A stretch of 64,000 nt of DNA from Eledone cirrhosa (Eukaryota): NCBI GenBank assembly GCA_964016885.1, contig OZ024760.1, forward strand, positions 30,194,001 through 30,258,000, written 5' to 3'. This document shows positions 11,620 through 27,150 of this stretch, piece after piece; positions within the stretch are counted from its first letter, which is position 1; every line of letters starts with the position of its first letter. The notes under the pieces were generated by a model. That model saw nothing but the letters and a program-made list of their open reading frames with translations, searched no databases and was not told where the DNA came from. The translations under genes were made by a program, and so were the position numbers.

Positions 11620-14600
11620 TGTAATGTAATGTGTAATGTAATGTAATGTAATGTAATATAATGCAACGTAATATGTAACGTAATTTAATGTAATGTAATG
11701 TAATGTAATGTAATGTAATGTGTAATGTAATGTAATTTAATGTAATGTCTGATGTAATGTAATGTAATGTAATGTAATGTAGTATGTAATGTAATGTGAT
11801 GTAATGTAATGTAATGTAATGAAATGAAATGTAATGTAATGTAATGTGTAATGTAATGTAATGTAATCTAATGTAATGTAATGTAATGTAACATAATGTA
11901 ATGTGTAATGTAATGTAATGTAATGTAATGTAATGTAATGTAATGTAACATGTAATGTAATGTAATGTAATTTAATGTAATGTCTAATGTAATGTAATGT
12001 AATGTATTGTAATGTAATGTAATGTAATGTGTAATGAAATGTAATATAATGGGTAATGTAATGTAATGTAATGTAATGTGTAATTTAATGTAATGTAATG
12101 TAATGTAATGTAATGTATTGTAATGTAATGTAATGAAATGTAATGTGTATCGTGTAATGTGAATTGTGTAATGTAATGTAATGTAATGTAATGTAATGTA
12201 ATGTAATGTGTAATGTAATGTAATGTAATGTAATGTAATGTGTAATGTAATGTAATGTAATGTAATGTAATGTAATGTAATGTAATGTAATGTAATGTAA
12301 TGTAAAGTAATGTAATGTAACGTAATGTAATGTAATGTAATGTAATGTATAATGTAATGTAATGTAATGTGTAGTGTAATGTAATGTAATGTAATGTAAT
12401 GTAATGTAATGTAATGTAATGTGTAATGTAATGTAATGTAATGTAATGTAATGTGTAATGTAACGTAATGTAATGAAATGTAACGTAATGTAATGTAATG
12501 TAATATAATTTAATGTAACGTAATGTAATGTAATGTAATGTAATGTAATGTAATGTAATGTAATGTAATGTGTAATGTAATGTAATGTAATGTAATGTAG
12601 AGTAATGTAATGTAATGTAATGTGTAACGTAATGTAATGTAATGTAACGTAATGTGTAATGTAATGTAATGTAATGTAATGTGTAATGTAATGTAATGTA
12701 ATGTAATGTAATGTAATCTGTAATGTAATGTAATGTAATGTAATGTGTAATGTAATGTAATGTAATGAAATGTAACGTAATGTAATGTAATGTACTGTAA
12801 TGTAATGTAATGTAATGTAATGTAAAGTAATGTAATGTAATGTAATGTAATGTAATGTAACGTGTAATGTAATGTAATGTAAAGTAATGTAATGTAATGT
12901 AATGTAATGTGTAACGTAACGTAATGTAATGTAATGTAACGTAATGTGTAATGTAATGTAATGTAATGTAATGTAATGTAATGTAATAAGTAATGTAATG
13001 TAATGTAATGTAATGTAATGTAATATAATATGTAATGTAATGTAATGTAATGTAATGTAATGTAATATGTAATGTAATGTAATGTAATGTAATATGTAAT
13101 ATATAATGTAATGTAATGTGTGATGTAATGTAATGTAATGTAATGTGTAATGTAATGTAAAGTAATGTGTAATGTAATGTAATGTAATGTAATGTAATGT
13201 TATGTAATGTTATGTAATGTTATGTAATGTTATGTAATGTGTAATATAATGTAATGTGTAATGTAATATAATGTAATGTAATGTGTAATGTAATGTAATG
13301 TAATGTAATGTGTAATGTAATGTAATGTATATTGTAATGTAATGTGTAATGTAATGTAATGTAATGTAATGTGTAATGTAATGTAAAGTAATGTGTAATG
13401 TAATGTAATGTAATGTAATGTAATGTAATGTAATGCAATGTAATGTAATTTAATGTAATGTGTAATGTAATGTAATGTGTAATGTAATGTAATGTAATGT
13501 GCAATGTAATGTAATGTGTAATGTAATGTAATGTAATGTAATGTAATGTAATGTAATGTAATGTAATGTGTAATATAATGTAATGTGTAATGTAATATAA
13601 TGTAATGTAATGTGTAATGTAATGTAATGTAATGTAATGTGTAATGTAATGTAATGTATATTGTAATGTAATGTGTAATGTAATGTAATGTAATGTAATG
13701 TGTAATGTAATGTAAAGTAATGTGTAATGTAATGTAATGTAATGTAATGTAATGTAATGTAATGCAATGTAATGTAATTTAATGTAATGTGTAATGTAAT
13801 GTAATGTGTAATGTAATGTAATGTAATGTGCAATGTAATGTAATGTAATGTAATGTAATGTAATGTAATGTAATGTAATGTAATGTAATGTAATGTAATG
13901 TAATGTAATGTAATGTGTAATGTAATGTAATGTAAGGTAATGTAATGTAATGTAATGTAATGTAATGTAATGTAATGTAATGTAATGCAATGTAATGTAA
14001 TTTAATGTAATGTGTAATGTAATGTAATGTGTAATGTAATGTAATGTAATGTAATGTAATGTAATGTGTAATGTAATGTAATGTAATGTAATGTGTAATG
14101 TAATGTAATGTAATGTAATGTGTAATGTAATGTAATGCAATGTAATGTAATTTAATGTAATGTGTAATGTAATGTAATGTGTAATGTAATGTAATGTAAT
14201 GTGCAATGTAATGTAATGTGTAATGTAATGTAATGTAATGTAATGTAATGTAATGTAATGTAATGTAATGTAATGTAATGTAATGTAATGTGTAACGTAA
14301 TGTAATGTAATGTAATGTAATGTAATGTAATGTAATGTAATGTAATGTAATGTAATGTAATGCAATGTAATGTAATTTAATGTAATGTGTAATGTAATGT
14401 AATGTGTAATGTAATGTAATGTAATGTAATGTAATGTAATGTGTAATGTAATGTAATGTAATGTAATGTGTAATGTAATGTAATGTAATGTAATGTGTAA
14501 TGTAATGTAATGTAATGTAATGTAATGTAATATAATGTAATGTAATGTAATGTAATATAATGTAATGTAATGTAGTGTAATGTAATGTAATGTAATGTGT

Positions 14601-17600
14601 AATGTAATGTAATGTAATGTAATATAATGCAACGTAATATGTAACGTAATTTAATGTAATGTAATGTAATGTAATGTGTAATGTAATGTAATTTAATGTA
14701 ATGTCTAATGTAATGTAATGTAATGTAATGTAATGTAATGTAGTATGTAATGTAATGTGATGTAATGTAATGTAATGTAATGATATGTAATGTAATGTAA
14801 TGTAATGTGTAATGTAATGTAATGTAATGTAATCTAATGTAATGTAATGTGTAATGTAATGTAATGTAATGCAATGTAACATGTAATGTAATGTAATGTA
14901 ATTTAATGTAATGTCTAATGTAATGTAATGTAATGTATTGTAATGTAATGTAATGTAATGTGTAATGAAATGTAATATAATGGGTAATGTAATGTAATGT
15001 AATGTAATGTGTAATGTAATGTAAGGTAATGTAATGTAATGTAATGTAATGTAATGTAATGTAATGTAATGTAATGAAATGTAATGTGTATCGTGTAATG
15101 TGAATTGTGTAATGTAATGTAATGTAATGTAATGTAATGTAACGTGTAATGTAATGTAATGTAATGTAATGTAATGTGTAATGTAATGTAATGTAATGTA
15201 ATGTAATGTAATGTAAAGTAATGTAATGTAACGTAACTTAATGTAATGTAATGTAATGTAATGTATAATGTAATGTAATGTAATGTGTAGTGTAATGTAA
15301 TGTAATGTAATGTAATGTAATGTAATGTAATGTAATGTGTAATGTAATGTAATGTAATGTAATGTGTAATGTAACGTAATGTAATGAAATGTAACGTAAT
15401 GTAATGTAATGTAATATAATTTAATGTAACGTAATGTAATGTAATGTAATGTAATGTAATGTAATGTAATGTAATGTGTAATGTAATGTGTAATGTAATG
15501 TAATGTAATGTAAAGTAATGTAATGTAATGTAATGTGTAACGTAATGTAATGTAACGTAATGTGTAATGTAATGTAATGTAATGTAATGTGTAATGTAAT
15601 GTAATGTAATGTAATGTGTAATGTAATGTAATCTAATGTAATGTGTAATGTAATGTAATGTAATGAAATGTAACGTAATGTAATGTAATGTAATGTAATG
15701 TAATATAATGTAATGTAATGTAATGTAAAGTAATGTAATGTAATGTAATGTGTAACGTAATGTAATGTAATGTAACGTAATGTGTAATGTAATGTAGTGT
15801 AATGTAATGTAATGTAATGTAATATGTAATGTAATGTAATGTAATGTAATGTAATGTAATCTGTAATGTAATGTAATTTAATGTAATGTCTAATGTAATG
15901 TAATGTAATGTAATGTAATGTAATGTAATGTAATGTAGTATGTAATGTGATGTAATGTAATGCAATGTAATGAAATGTAATGTAATGTAATGTGTAATGT
16001 AATGTAATGTAATGTAATGTAATGTAATGTAATGTAATGTAATGTAATGTAATGTAATGTAATGTAATGTAATGTAATGTGTAATGTAATGTAATGTAAT
16101 GTAATATGTAATGTAATGTAATGTAATTTAATGTAATGTCTAATGTAATGTAATGTAATGTATTGTAATGTAATGTAATGTAATGTGTATCGTGTAATGT
16201 GAATTGTGTAATGTAATGTAATGTAATGTAATGTAATGTAATGTAATGTAATGTGTAATGTAATGTAATGTAATGTAATGTGTAATGTAATGTAATGTAA
16301 TGTAATGTAATGTAATGTAAAGTAATGTAATGTAACGTAATGTAATGTAATGTGTATCGTGTAATGTGAATTGTGTAATGTAATGTAATGTAATGTAATG
16401 TAATGTAATGTAATGTAATGTGTAATGTAATGTAATGTGTAATGTAATGTAATGTAATGTAATGTAATGTAATGTAATGTAAAGTAATGTAATGTAACGT
16501 AATGTAATATAATGTAATGTAATGTATAATGTAATGTAATGTAATGTGTAATGTAATGTAATGTAATGTAATGTAATGTAATGTGTAATGTAATGTAATG
16601 TAATGTAATGTAATGTAATGTAATGTTATGTAATGTTATGTAATGTGTAATATAATGTAATGTGTAATGTAATATAATGTAATGTAATGTGTAATGTAAT
16701 GTAATGTAATGTAATGTGTAATGTAATGTAATGTATATTGTAATGTAATGTGTAATGTAATGTAATGTAATGTAATGTGTAATGTAATGTAAAGTAATGT
16801 GTAATGTAATGTAATGTAATGTAATGTAATGTAATGCAATGTAATGTAATTTAATGTAATGTGTAATGTAATGTAATGTGTAATGTAATGTAATGTAATG
16901 TGCAATGTAATGTAATGTGTAATGTAATGTAATGTAATGTAATGTAATGTAATGTAATGTAATGTAATGTAATGTAATGTAATGTAATGTGTAACGTAAT
17001 GTAATGTAATGTAATGTAATGTAATGTAATGTAATGTAATGTAATGTAATGTAATGCAATGTAATGTAATTTAATGTAATGTGTAATGTAATGTAATGTG
17101 TAATGTAATGTAATGTAATGTAATGTAATGTAATGTGTAATGTAATGTAATGTAATGTAATGTGTAATGTAATGTAATGTAATGTAATGTGTAATGTAAT
17201 GTAATGTAATGCAATGTAATGTAATATAATGTAATGTAATGTAATGTAATATAATGTAATGTAATGTAATATAATGTAATGTAATGTAGTGTAATGTAAT
17301 GTAATGTAATGTGTAATGTAATGTAATGTAATGTAATATAATGCAACGTAATATGTAACGTAATTTAATGTAATGTAATGTAATGTAATGTGTAATGTAA
17401 TGTAATTTAATGTAATGTCTAATGTAATGTAATGTAATGTAATGTAATGTAATGTAGTATGTAATGTAATGTGATGTAATGTAATGTAATGTAATGATAT
17501 GTAATGTAATGTAATGTAATGTGTAATGTAATGTAATGTAATGTAATCTAATGTAATGTAATGTGTAATGTAATGTAATGTAATGCAATGTAACATGTAA

Positions 17601-20600
17601 TGTAATGTAATGTAATTTAATGTAATGTCTAATGTAATGTAATGTAATGTATTGTAATGTAATGTAATGTAATGTGTAATGAAATGTAATGTAATGGGTA
17701 ATGTAATGTAATGTAATGTAATGTGTAATGTAATGTAATGTAATGTAATGTAATGTAATGTAATGTAATGTAATGTAATGTAATGTAATGTAATGTAATG
17801 AAATGTAATGTGTATCGTGTAATGTGAATTGTGTAATGTAATGTAATGTAATGTAATGTAATGTAATGTAATGTAACGTGTAATGTAATGTAATGTAATG
17901 TAATGTAATGTGTAATGTAATGTAATGTAATGTAATGTAATGTAATGTAATGTAATGTAAAGTAATGTAATGTAACATAACTTAATGTAATGTAATGTAA
18001 TGTAATGTATAATGTAATGTAATGTAATGTGTAGTGTAATGTAATGTAATGTAATGTAATGTAATGTAATGTAATGTGTAATGTAATGTAATGTAATGTA
18101 ATGTAATGTGTAATGTAATGTAATGTAATGTAATGTGTAATGTAACGTAATGTAATGAAATGTAACGTAATGTAATGTAATGTAATATAATTTAATGTAA
18201 CGTAATGTAATGTAATGTAATGTAATGTAATGTAATGTAATGTAATGTAATGTGTAATGTAATGTAATGTAATGTAAAGTAATGTAATGTAATGTAATGT
18301 GTAACGTAATGTAATGTAACGTAATGTGTAATGTAATGTAATGTGTAATGTAATGTAATGTAATGTAATGTGTAATGTAATGTAATCTAATGTAATGTGT
18401 AATGTAATGTAATGTAATGAAATGTAACGTAATGTAATGTAATGTAATGTAATGTAATATAATGTAATGTAATGTAATGTAAAGTAATGTAATGTAATGT
18501 AATGTGTAACGTAATGTAATGTAATGTAACGTAATGTGTAATGTAATGTAGTGTAATGTAATGTAATGTAATGTAATATGTAATGTAATGTAATGTAATG
18601 TAATGTAATGTAATCTGTAATGTAATGTAATTTAATGTAATGTCTAATGTAATGTAATGTAATGTAATGTAATGTAATGTAATGTAATGTAATGTAATGT
18701 AGTATGTAATGTGATGTAATGTAATGCAATGTAATGAAATGTAATGTAATGTAATGTGTAATGTAATGTAATGTAATGTAATGTAATGTAATGTAATGTA
18801 ATGTAATGTAATGTAATGTAATGTAATGTAATGTGTAATGTAATGTAATGTAATGTAATATGTAATGTAATGTAATGTAATGTAATTTAATGTAATGTCT
18901 AATGTAATGTAATGTAATGTATTGTAATGTAATGTAATGTAATGTGTATCGTGTAATGTGAATTGTGTAATGTAATGTAATGTAATGTAATGTAATGTAA
19001 TGTAATGTGTAATGTAATGTAATGTAATGTAATGTGTAATGTAATGTAATGTAATGTAATGTAATGTAATGTAAAGTAATGTAATGTAACGTAATGTAAT
19101 GTAATGTGTATCGTGTAATGTGAATTGTGTAATGTAATGTAATGTAATGTAATGTAATGTAATGTGTAATGTAATGTAATGTGTAATGTAATGTAATGTA
19201 ATGTAATGTAATGTAATGTAATGTAAAGTAATGTAATGTAACGTAATGTAATATAATGTAATGTAATGTATAATGTAATGTAATGTAATGTGTAATGTAA
19301 TGTAATGTAATGTAATGTAATGTGTAATGTAATGTAATGTAATGTAATGTAATGTAATGTAATGTTATGTAATGTTATGTAATGTGTAATATAATGTAAT
19401 GTGTAATGTAATATAATGTAATGTAATGTGTAATGTAATGTAATGTAATGTAATGTGTAATGTAATGTAATGTATATTGTAATGTAATGTGTAATGTAAT
19501 GTAATGTAATGTAATGTGTAATGTAATGTAAAGTAATGTGTAATGTAATGTAATGTAATGTAATGTAATGTAATGCAATGTAATGTAATTTAATGTAATG
19601 TGTAATGTAATGTAATGTGTAATGTAATGTAATGTAATGTGCAATGTAATGTAATGTGTAATGTAATGTAATGTAATGTAATGTAATGTAATGTAATGTA
19701 ATGTAATGTAATGTAATGTAATGTGTAACGTAATGTAATGTAATGTAATGTAATGTAATGTAATGTAATGTAATGTAATGTAATGTAATGTAATGTAATG
19801 TAATGCAATGTAATGTAATTTAATGTAATGTGTAATGTAATGTAATGTGTAATGTAATGTAATGTAATGTAATGTAATGTAATGTGTAATGTAATGTAAT
19901 GTAATGTAATGTGTAATGTAATGTAATGTAATGTAATGTGTAATGTAATGTAATGTAATGCAATGTAATGTAATATAATGTAATGTAATGTAATGTAATA
20001 TAATGTAATGTAATGTAATATAATGTAATGTAATGTAGTGTAATGTAATGTAATGTAATGTGTAATGTAATGTAATGTAATGTAATATAATGCAACGTAA
20101 TATGTAACGTAATTTAATGTAATGTAATGTAATGTAATGTGTAATGTAATGTAATTTAATGTAATGTCTAATGTAATGTAATGTAATGTAATGTAATGTA
20201 ATGTAGTATGTAATGTAATGTGATGTAATGTAATGTAATGTAATGATATGTAATGTAATGTAATGTAATGTGTAATGTAATGTAATGTAATGTAATCTAA
20301 TGTAATGTAACATGTAATGTAATGTAATGTAATTTAATGTAATGTCTAATGTAATGTAATGTAATGTATTGTAATGTAATGTAATGTAATGTGTAATGAA
20401 ATGTAATGTAATGGGTAATGTAATGTAATGTAATGTAATGTGTAATGTAATGTAATGTAATGTAATGTAATGTAATGTAATGTAATGTAATGTAATGTAA
20501 TGTAATGTAATGAAATGTAATGTGTATCGTGTAATGTGAATTGTGTAATGTAATGTAATGTAATGTAATGTAATGTAATGTAACGTGTAATGTAATGTAA

Positions 20601-22100
20601 TGTAATGTAATGTAATGTGTAATGTAATGTAATGTAATGTAATGTAATGTAATGTAATGTAATGTAAAGTAATGTAATGTAACGTAACTTAATGTAATGT
20701 AATGTAATGTAATGTATAATGTAATGTAATGTAATGTGTAGTGTAATGTAATGTAATGTAATGTAATGTAATGTAATGTAATGTGTAATGTAATATAATG
20801 TAATGTAATGTGTAATGTAACGTAATGTAATGAAATGTAACGTAATGTAATGTAATGTAATATAATTTAATGTAACGTAATGTAATGTAATGTAATGTAA
20901 TGTAATGTAATGTAATGTAATGTGTAATGTAATGTAATGTAATGTAAAGTAATGTAATGTAATGTAATGTGTAACGTAATGTAATGTAACGTAATGTGTA
21001 ATGTAATGTAATGTAATGTAATGTGTAATGTAATGTAATGTAATGTAATGTGTAATGTAATGTAATCTAATGTAATGTGTAATGTAATGTAATGTAATGA
21101 AATGTAACGTAATGTAATGTAATGTAATGTAATGTAATATAATGTAATGTAATGTAATGTAAAGTAATGTAATGTAATGTAATGTGTAACGTAATGTAAT
21201 GTAATGTAACGTAATGTGTAATGTAATGTAGTGTAATGTAATGTAATGTAATGTAATATGTAATGTAATGTAATGTAATGTAATGTAATGTAATCTGTAA
21301 TGTAATGTAATTTAATGTAATGTCTAATGTAATGTAATGTAATGTAATGTAATGTAATGTAATGTAATGTAATGTAATGTAATGTAGTATGTAATGTGAT
21401 GTAATGTAATGCAATGTAATGAAATGTAATGTAATGTAATGTGTAATGTAATGTAATGTAATGTAATGTAATGTAATGTAATGTAATGTAATGTAATGTA
21501 ATGTAATGTAATGTGTAATGTAATGTAATGTAATGTAATATGTAATGTAATGTAATGTAATTTAATGTAATGTCTAATGTAATGTAATGTAATGTATTCT
21601 AATGTAATGTAATGTAATGTGTATCGTGTAATGTGAATTGTGTAATGTAATGTAATGTAATGTAATGTAATGTAATGTAATGTAATGTGTAATGTAATGT
21701 AATGTAATGTAATGTGTAATGTAATGTAATGTAATGTAATGTAATGTAATGTAAAGTAATGTAATGTAACGTAATGTAATGTAATGTGTATCGTGTAATG
21801 TGAATTGTGTAATGTAATGTAATGTAATGTAATGTAATGTAATGTAATGTGTAATGTAATGTAATGTGTAATGTAATGTAATGTAATGTAATGTAATGTA
21901 ATGCAATGTAATGTAATGTAAAGTAATGTAATGTAACGTAATGTAATATAATGTAATGTAATGTATAATGTAATGTAATGTAATGTGTAATGTAATGTAA
22001 TGTAATGTAATGTAATGTGTAATGTAATGTAATGTAATGTAATGTAATGTAATGTAATGTAATGTAATGTGTAATGTAATGTAATATAACGTGTAATGTA
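11620..22100. repeat. ~2.7-3.0-kb higher-order repeat, about 4 copies
   Basis: Rare marker TGGGTAAT at ~12050, ~14981, ~17695, ~20412. Marker GCAACGTAATATGTAACG at ~11663, ~14629, ~17343, ~20092. Confidence 0.9.
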
Positions 22101-22199
22101 ACGTAATGTAATGAAATGTAACATAATGTAATGTAATGAAATATAATTTAATGTAGCGTAATGTAATGTAATGTAATGTAATTTAATGTAATGTAATGT

Positions 22200-25100
22200 A
22201 ATGTAATGTAATGTAATGTGTAATGTAATGTAATGTAATGTAATGTAATGTAATGTGTAATGTAATGTAATGTAACGTAATGTGTAATGTAATGTAATGT
22301 AATGAAATGTAACGTAATGTAATGTAATTTAATGTAATGTAATGTAATGTAATGTAAAGTAATGTAATGTAATGTAATGTGTAACGTAATGTAATGTAAT
22401 GTAATGTAATGTAATATGTAATGTAATGTAATATAATGTAATATGTAATACGTAATGTAATGTAATGTGTGATGTAATGTAATGTAATGTGTAATGTAAT
22501 GTAAAGTAATGTGTAACGTAACGTAATGTAATGTAATGTAATGTAATGTAATGTGTAATGTAATGTAATGTAATGTGTAATGTAATGTAATGTAATGTAA
22601 TGTAATGTAATGTAATGTAATGTGTAATGTAATGTAATGTAATTTAATGTAATGTCTAATGTAATGTAATGTAATGTATTGTAATGTAATGTAATGGAAT
22701 GTGTAATGAAATGTAATATAATGTGTAATGTAATGTAATGTAATGTAACGTAATGTGTCATGTAATGTAATGTAATGTGTAATGTAATATAATGTGTAAT
22801 GTAATGTAATGTAATGTAATGTGTATCGTGTAAAGTGAATTGTGTAATGTAATGTAATGTAATGTGTAATGTAATGTAATGGAATGTAATGTGTAATGTA
22901 ATGTAATGTGTAATGTAATATAATGTGTAATGTAATGTAATGTAATGTAATGTAATGTAATGTAATGTAATGTAATGTGTATCGTGTAAAGTGAATTGTG
23001 TAATGTAATGTAATGTAATGTAATGTGTAATGTAATGTAATGGAATGTAATGTGTAATGTAATGTAATGTAATGTAAAGTAATGTAATGTAACGTAATGT
23101 AATGTAATGTAATGTAATGTATAATGTAATGTAATGTAATGTAATGTGTAATGTAATGTAATGTAATGTAATGTAATGTAATGTAATGTAATGTAATGTA
23201 ATGTAATGTGTAATGTAATGTAATGTAATGTAATGTAATGTGTAATGTAACGTAATGTAATGAAATGTAACGTAATGTAATGTAATGTAATGTAATGTAA
23301 TGTAATGTAATGTAATGTGTAATGAAAGGTAATATAATGTAATGTAAAGTAATGTAATGTAATGTAATGTGTAACGTAATGTAATGTAATGTAATGTAAT
23401 GTGTAATGTAATGTAATGTAATGTGTAATGTAATGTAATGTAATGTAATATAATGTGTAATGTAATGTAATGTAATGAAATGAAATGAAATGTAATGTAA
23501 TGTAATGTAATGTAATGTAATGTAATGTAATGTAATGTAATGTAATGTAATGTAATGTAATGTAATGTAATGTAATGTAATGTAATGTAATGTAATGTAA
23601 TGTAATGTAAAGTAAAGTAATGTAATGTAATGTAATGTAATGTAACGTGTAATATAATGTAATGTAATGTAATGTAAAGTAATGTAATGTAATGTAATGT
23701 AATGTGTAACGTAATGTAATGTAATGTAACGTAATGTGTAATGTAATGTAATGTAATGTAATGTGTAATGTAATGTAATGTAATGTAATGTATATTGTAA
23801 TGTAATGTAATGTGTAATGTAATGTAATGTGTAATGTAATGTAATGTAATGTAATGTAATGTAATGTAATGTAATGTAATGTAATGTTATGTTATGTAAT
23901 GTGTAATATAATGTAATGTGTAATGTAATGTAATGTAATGTAATGTAATGTAATGTGTAATGTAATGTAATGTAATGTAATGTAATGTAATGTAATGTAA
24001 TGTAATGTAATGTAATGTAATGTAATGTAATGTAATGTGTAATGTAATGTAATGTAATGTAATGTGTAATGTAATGTAATGTAATGTAATGTAATGTAAT
24101 GTAATGAAATGTAATGTAATGTAATGTAATGTAATGTAATGTAATGTAATGTAATGTAATGTAATGTAATGTAATGTAATGTAATGTGTAATGTAATGTA
24201 ATGTGTAATGTAATGTAATGTAATGTAATGTAATGTAATGTGTAATGTAATGTAACGTGTAATGTAATGTAATGTAATGTAATGTAATGTGTAATGTAAT
24301 GTAATGTAATGTGTAATGTAATGTAATGTAATGTAATGTAATGTAATGTAATGTAATGTAATGTAATGTGTAATGTAATGTAATGTGTAATGTAATGTAA
24401 TGTAATGTAATGTTATGTAATGTGATGTGTAATGTAATGTAATGTGTAATGTAATGTAATGTAATGTAATTTAATGTTATGTAATGTATTGTGTAATGTA
24501 ACGTACTGTGTAATCTAATGTAATGTAATGTAATGTAATGTAATGTAATGTAATGTAATGTGTTACGTAATGTAATGTAATGTAATGTAATGTGTAATGT
24601 AATGTAATGTAATGTAATGTGTAATGTAATGTAATGTAACGTAATGTGTAATGTAATGTAATGTAATGAAATGTAACGTAATGTAATGTAATGTAATGTA
24701 ATGTAATGTAATGTAATGTAATGTAAAGTAATGTAATGTAATGTAATGTGTAACGTAATGTAATGTAATGTAACGTAATGTGTAATGTAATGTAATGTAA
24801 TGTAATGTAATGTAATTTAATGTAATATGTAATGTAATGTAATGTAATGTAATGTAATATAATATGTAATGTAATGTAATGTAATGTAATGTAATGTAAT
24901 GTAATGTAATATGTAATGTAATGTAATATAATGTAATATGTAATACGTAATGTAATGTAATGTGTGATGTAATGTAATGTAATGTGTAATGTAATGTAAA
25001 GTAATGTGTAACGTAACGTAATGTAATGTAATGTAATGTAATGTAATGTGTAATGTAATGTAATGTAATGTGTAATGTAATGTAATGTAATGTAATGTAA

Positions 25101-27150
25101 TGTAATGTAATGTAATGTGTAATGTAATGTAATTTAATGTAATGTCTAATGTAATGTAATGTAATGTATTGTAATGTAATGTAATGGAATGTGTAATGAA
25201 ATGTAATATAATGTGTAATGTAATGTAATGTAATGTAATGTAATGTAACGTAATGTGTAATGTAATGTAATGTAATGTGTAATGTAATATAATGTGTAAT
25301 GTAATGTAATGTAATGTAATGTGTATCGTGTAAAGTGAATTGTGTAATGTAATGTAATGTAATGTGTAATGTAATGTAATGGAATGTAATGTGTAATGTA
25401 ATGTAATGTGTAATGTAATATAATGTGTAATGTAATGTAATGTAATGTAATGTAATGTAATGTAATGTAATGTAATGTAATGTAATGTAATGTGTATCGT
25501 GTAAAGTGAATTGTGTAATGTAATGTAATGTAATGTAATGTGTAATGTAATGTAATGGAATGTAATGTGTAATGTAATGTAATGTAATGTAAAGTAATGT
25601 AACGTAATGTAATGTAATGTAATGTAATGTATAATGTAATGTAATGTAATGTAATGTAATGTGTAATGTAATGTAATGTAATGTAATGTAATGTAATGTA
25701 ATGTAATGTAATGTGTAATGTAATGTAATGTAATGTAATGTGTAATGTAACGTAATGTAATGAAATGTAACGTAATGTAATGTAATGTAATGTAATGTAA
25801 TGTAATGTAATGTAATGTAATGTAATGTAATGTAATGTGTAATGAAAGGTAATATAATGTAATGTAAAGTAATGTAATGTAATGTAATGTGTAACGTAAT
25901 GTAATGTAATGTAATGTAATGTGTAATGTAATGTAATGTAATGTAATGTAATGTGTAATGTAATGTAATGTAATGTAATGTAATGTGTAATGTAATGTAA
26001 TGTAATGTAATGAAATGTAATGTAATGTAATGTAATGTAATGTAATGTAATGTAATGTAATGTAATGTAATGTAATGTAATGTAATGTAATGTAATGTAA
26101 TGTAATGTAATGTAATGTAATGTAATGTAATGTAAAGTAAAGTAATGTAATGTAATGTAATGTAATGTAACGTGTAATATAATGTAATGTAATGTAAAGT
26201 AATGTAATGTAATGTAATGTAATGTGTAACGTAATGTAATGTAATGTAACGTAATGTGTAATGTAATGTAATGTAATGTGTAATGTAATGTAATGTAATG
26301 TAATGTATATTGTAATGTAATGTAATGTGTAATGTAATGTAATGTGTAATGTAATGTAATGTAATGTAATGTAATGTAATGTTATGTAATGTGTAATATA
26401 ATGTAATGTGTAATGTAATGTAATGTAATGTAATGTAATGTAATGTGTAATGTAATGTAATGTAATGTGTAATGTAATGTAATGTAATGTAATGTAATGT
26501 AATGTATATTGTAATGTAATGTGTAACGTAATCTAATGTAATGTAATGTGTAATGTAATGTAAAGTAATGTGTAATGTAATGTGATGTAATATAATGTAA
26601 TGCAATGTAATGTAATTTAATGTAATGTGTAATGTAATGTAATGTGTAATGTAATGTAATGTAATGTAATGTAATGTAATGTAATGTAATGTAATGTAAT
26701 GTAATGTGTAATGTAATGTAATGTAATGTAATGTGTAATGTAATGTAATGTAATGTAATGTAATGTAACGTAATGAAATGTAATGTAATGTAATGTAATG
26801 TAATGTAATGTAATGTAATGTAATGTAATGTGTAATGTAATGTAATGTGTAATGTAATGTAATGTAATGTAATGTAATGTGTAATGTAATGTAACGTGTA
26901 ATGTAATGTAATGTAATGTAATGTAATGTAATGTGTAATGTAATGTAATGTGTAATGTAATGTAATGTAATGTAATGTAATGTAATGTAATGTAATGTGT
27001 AATGTAATGTAATGTGTAATGTAATGTAATGTAATGTAATGTTATGTAATGTAATGTGTAATGTAATGTAATGTGTAATGTAATGTAATGTAATGTAATG
27101 TAATTTAATGTTATGTAAGGTATTGTGTAATGTAACGTACTGTGTAATCT
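22200..27150. repeat. ~2.5-kb higher-order repeat, 2 copies
   Basis: GTAATACGTAATGTAATGTAATGTGTGATG at ~22446/~24940, GAAAGGTAATAT at ~23324/~25844, GTAAAGTAAAG at ~23607/~26132. Confidence 0.85.

Larger units (their letters stand above)
9170..11900. repeat. ~1.76-kb tandem duplication containing SINE copies 2 and 3
   Basis: The series GTCATGTAAG(G/T)TAATGTAATATTTAATATG ... GTGCAATGTAAAG ... TTTAATGTTTAATGTTT ... SINE ... GCAACGTAATATGTAACG occurs from ~9170 and again from ~10913. Confidence 0.85.
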
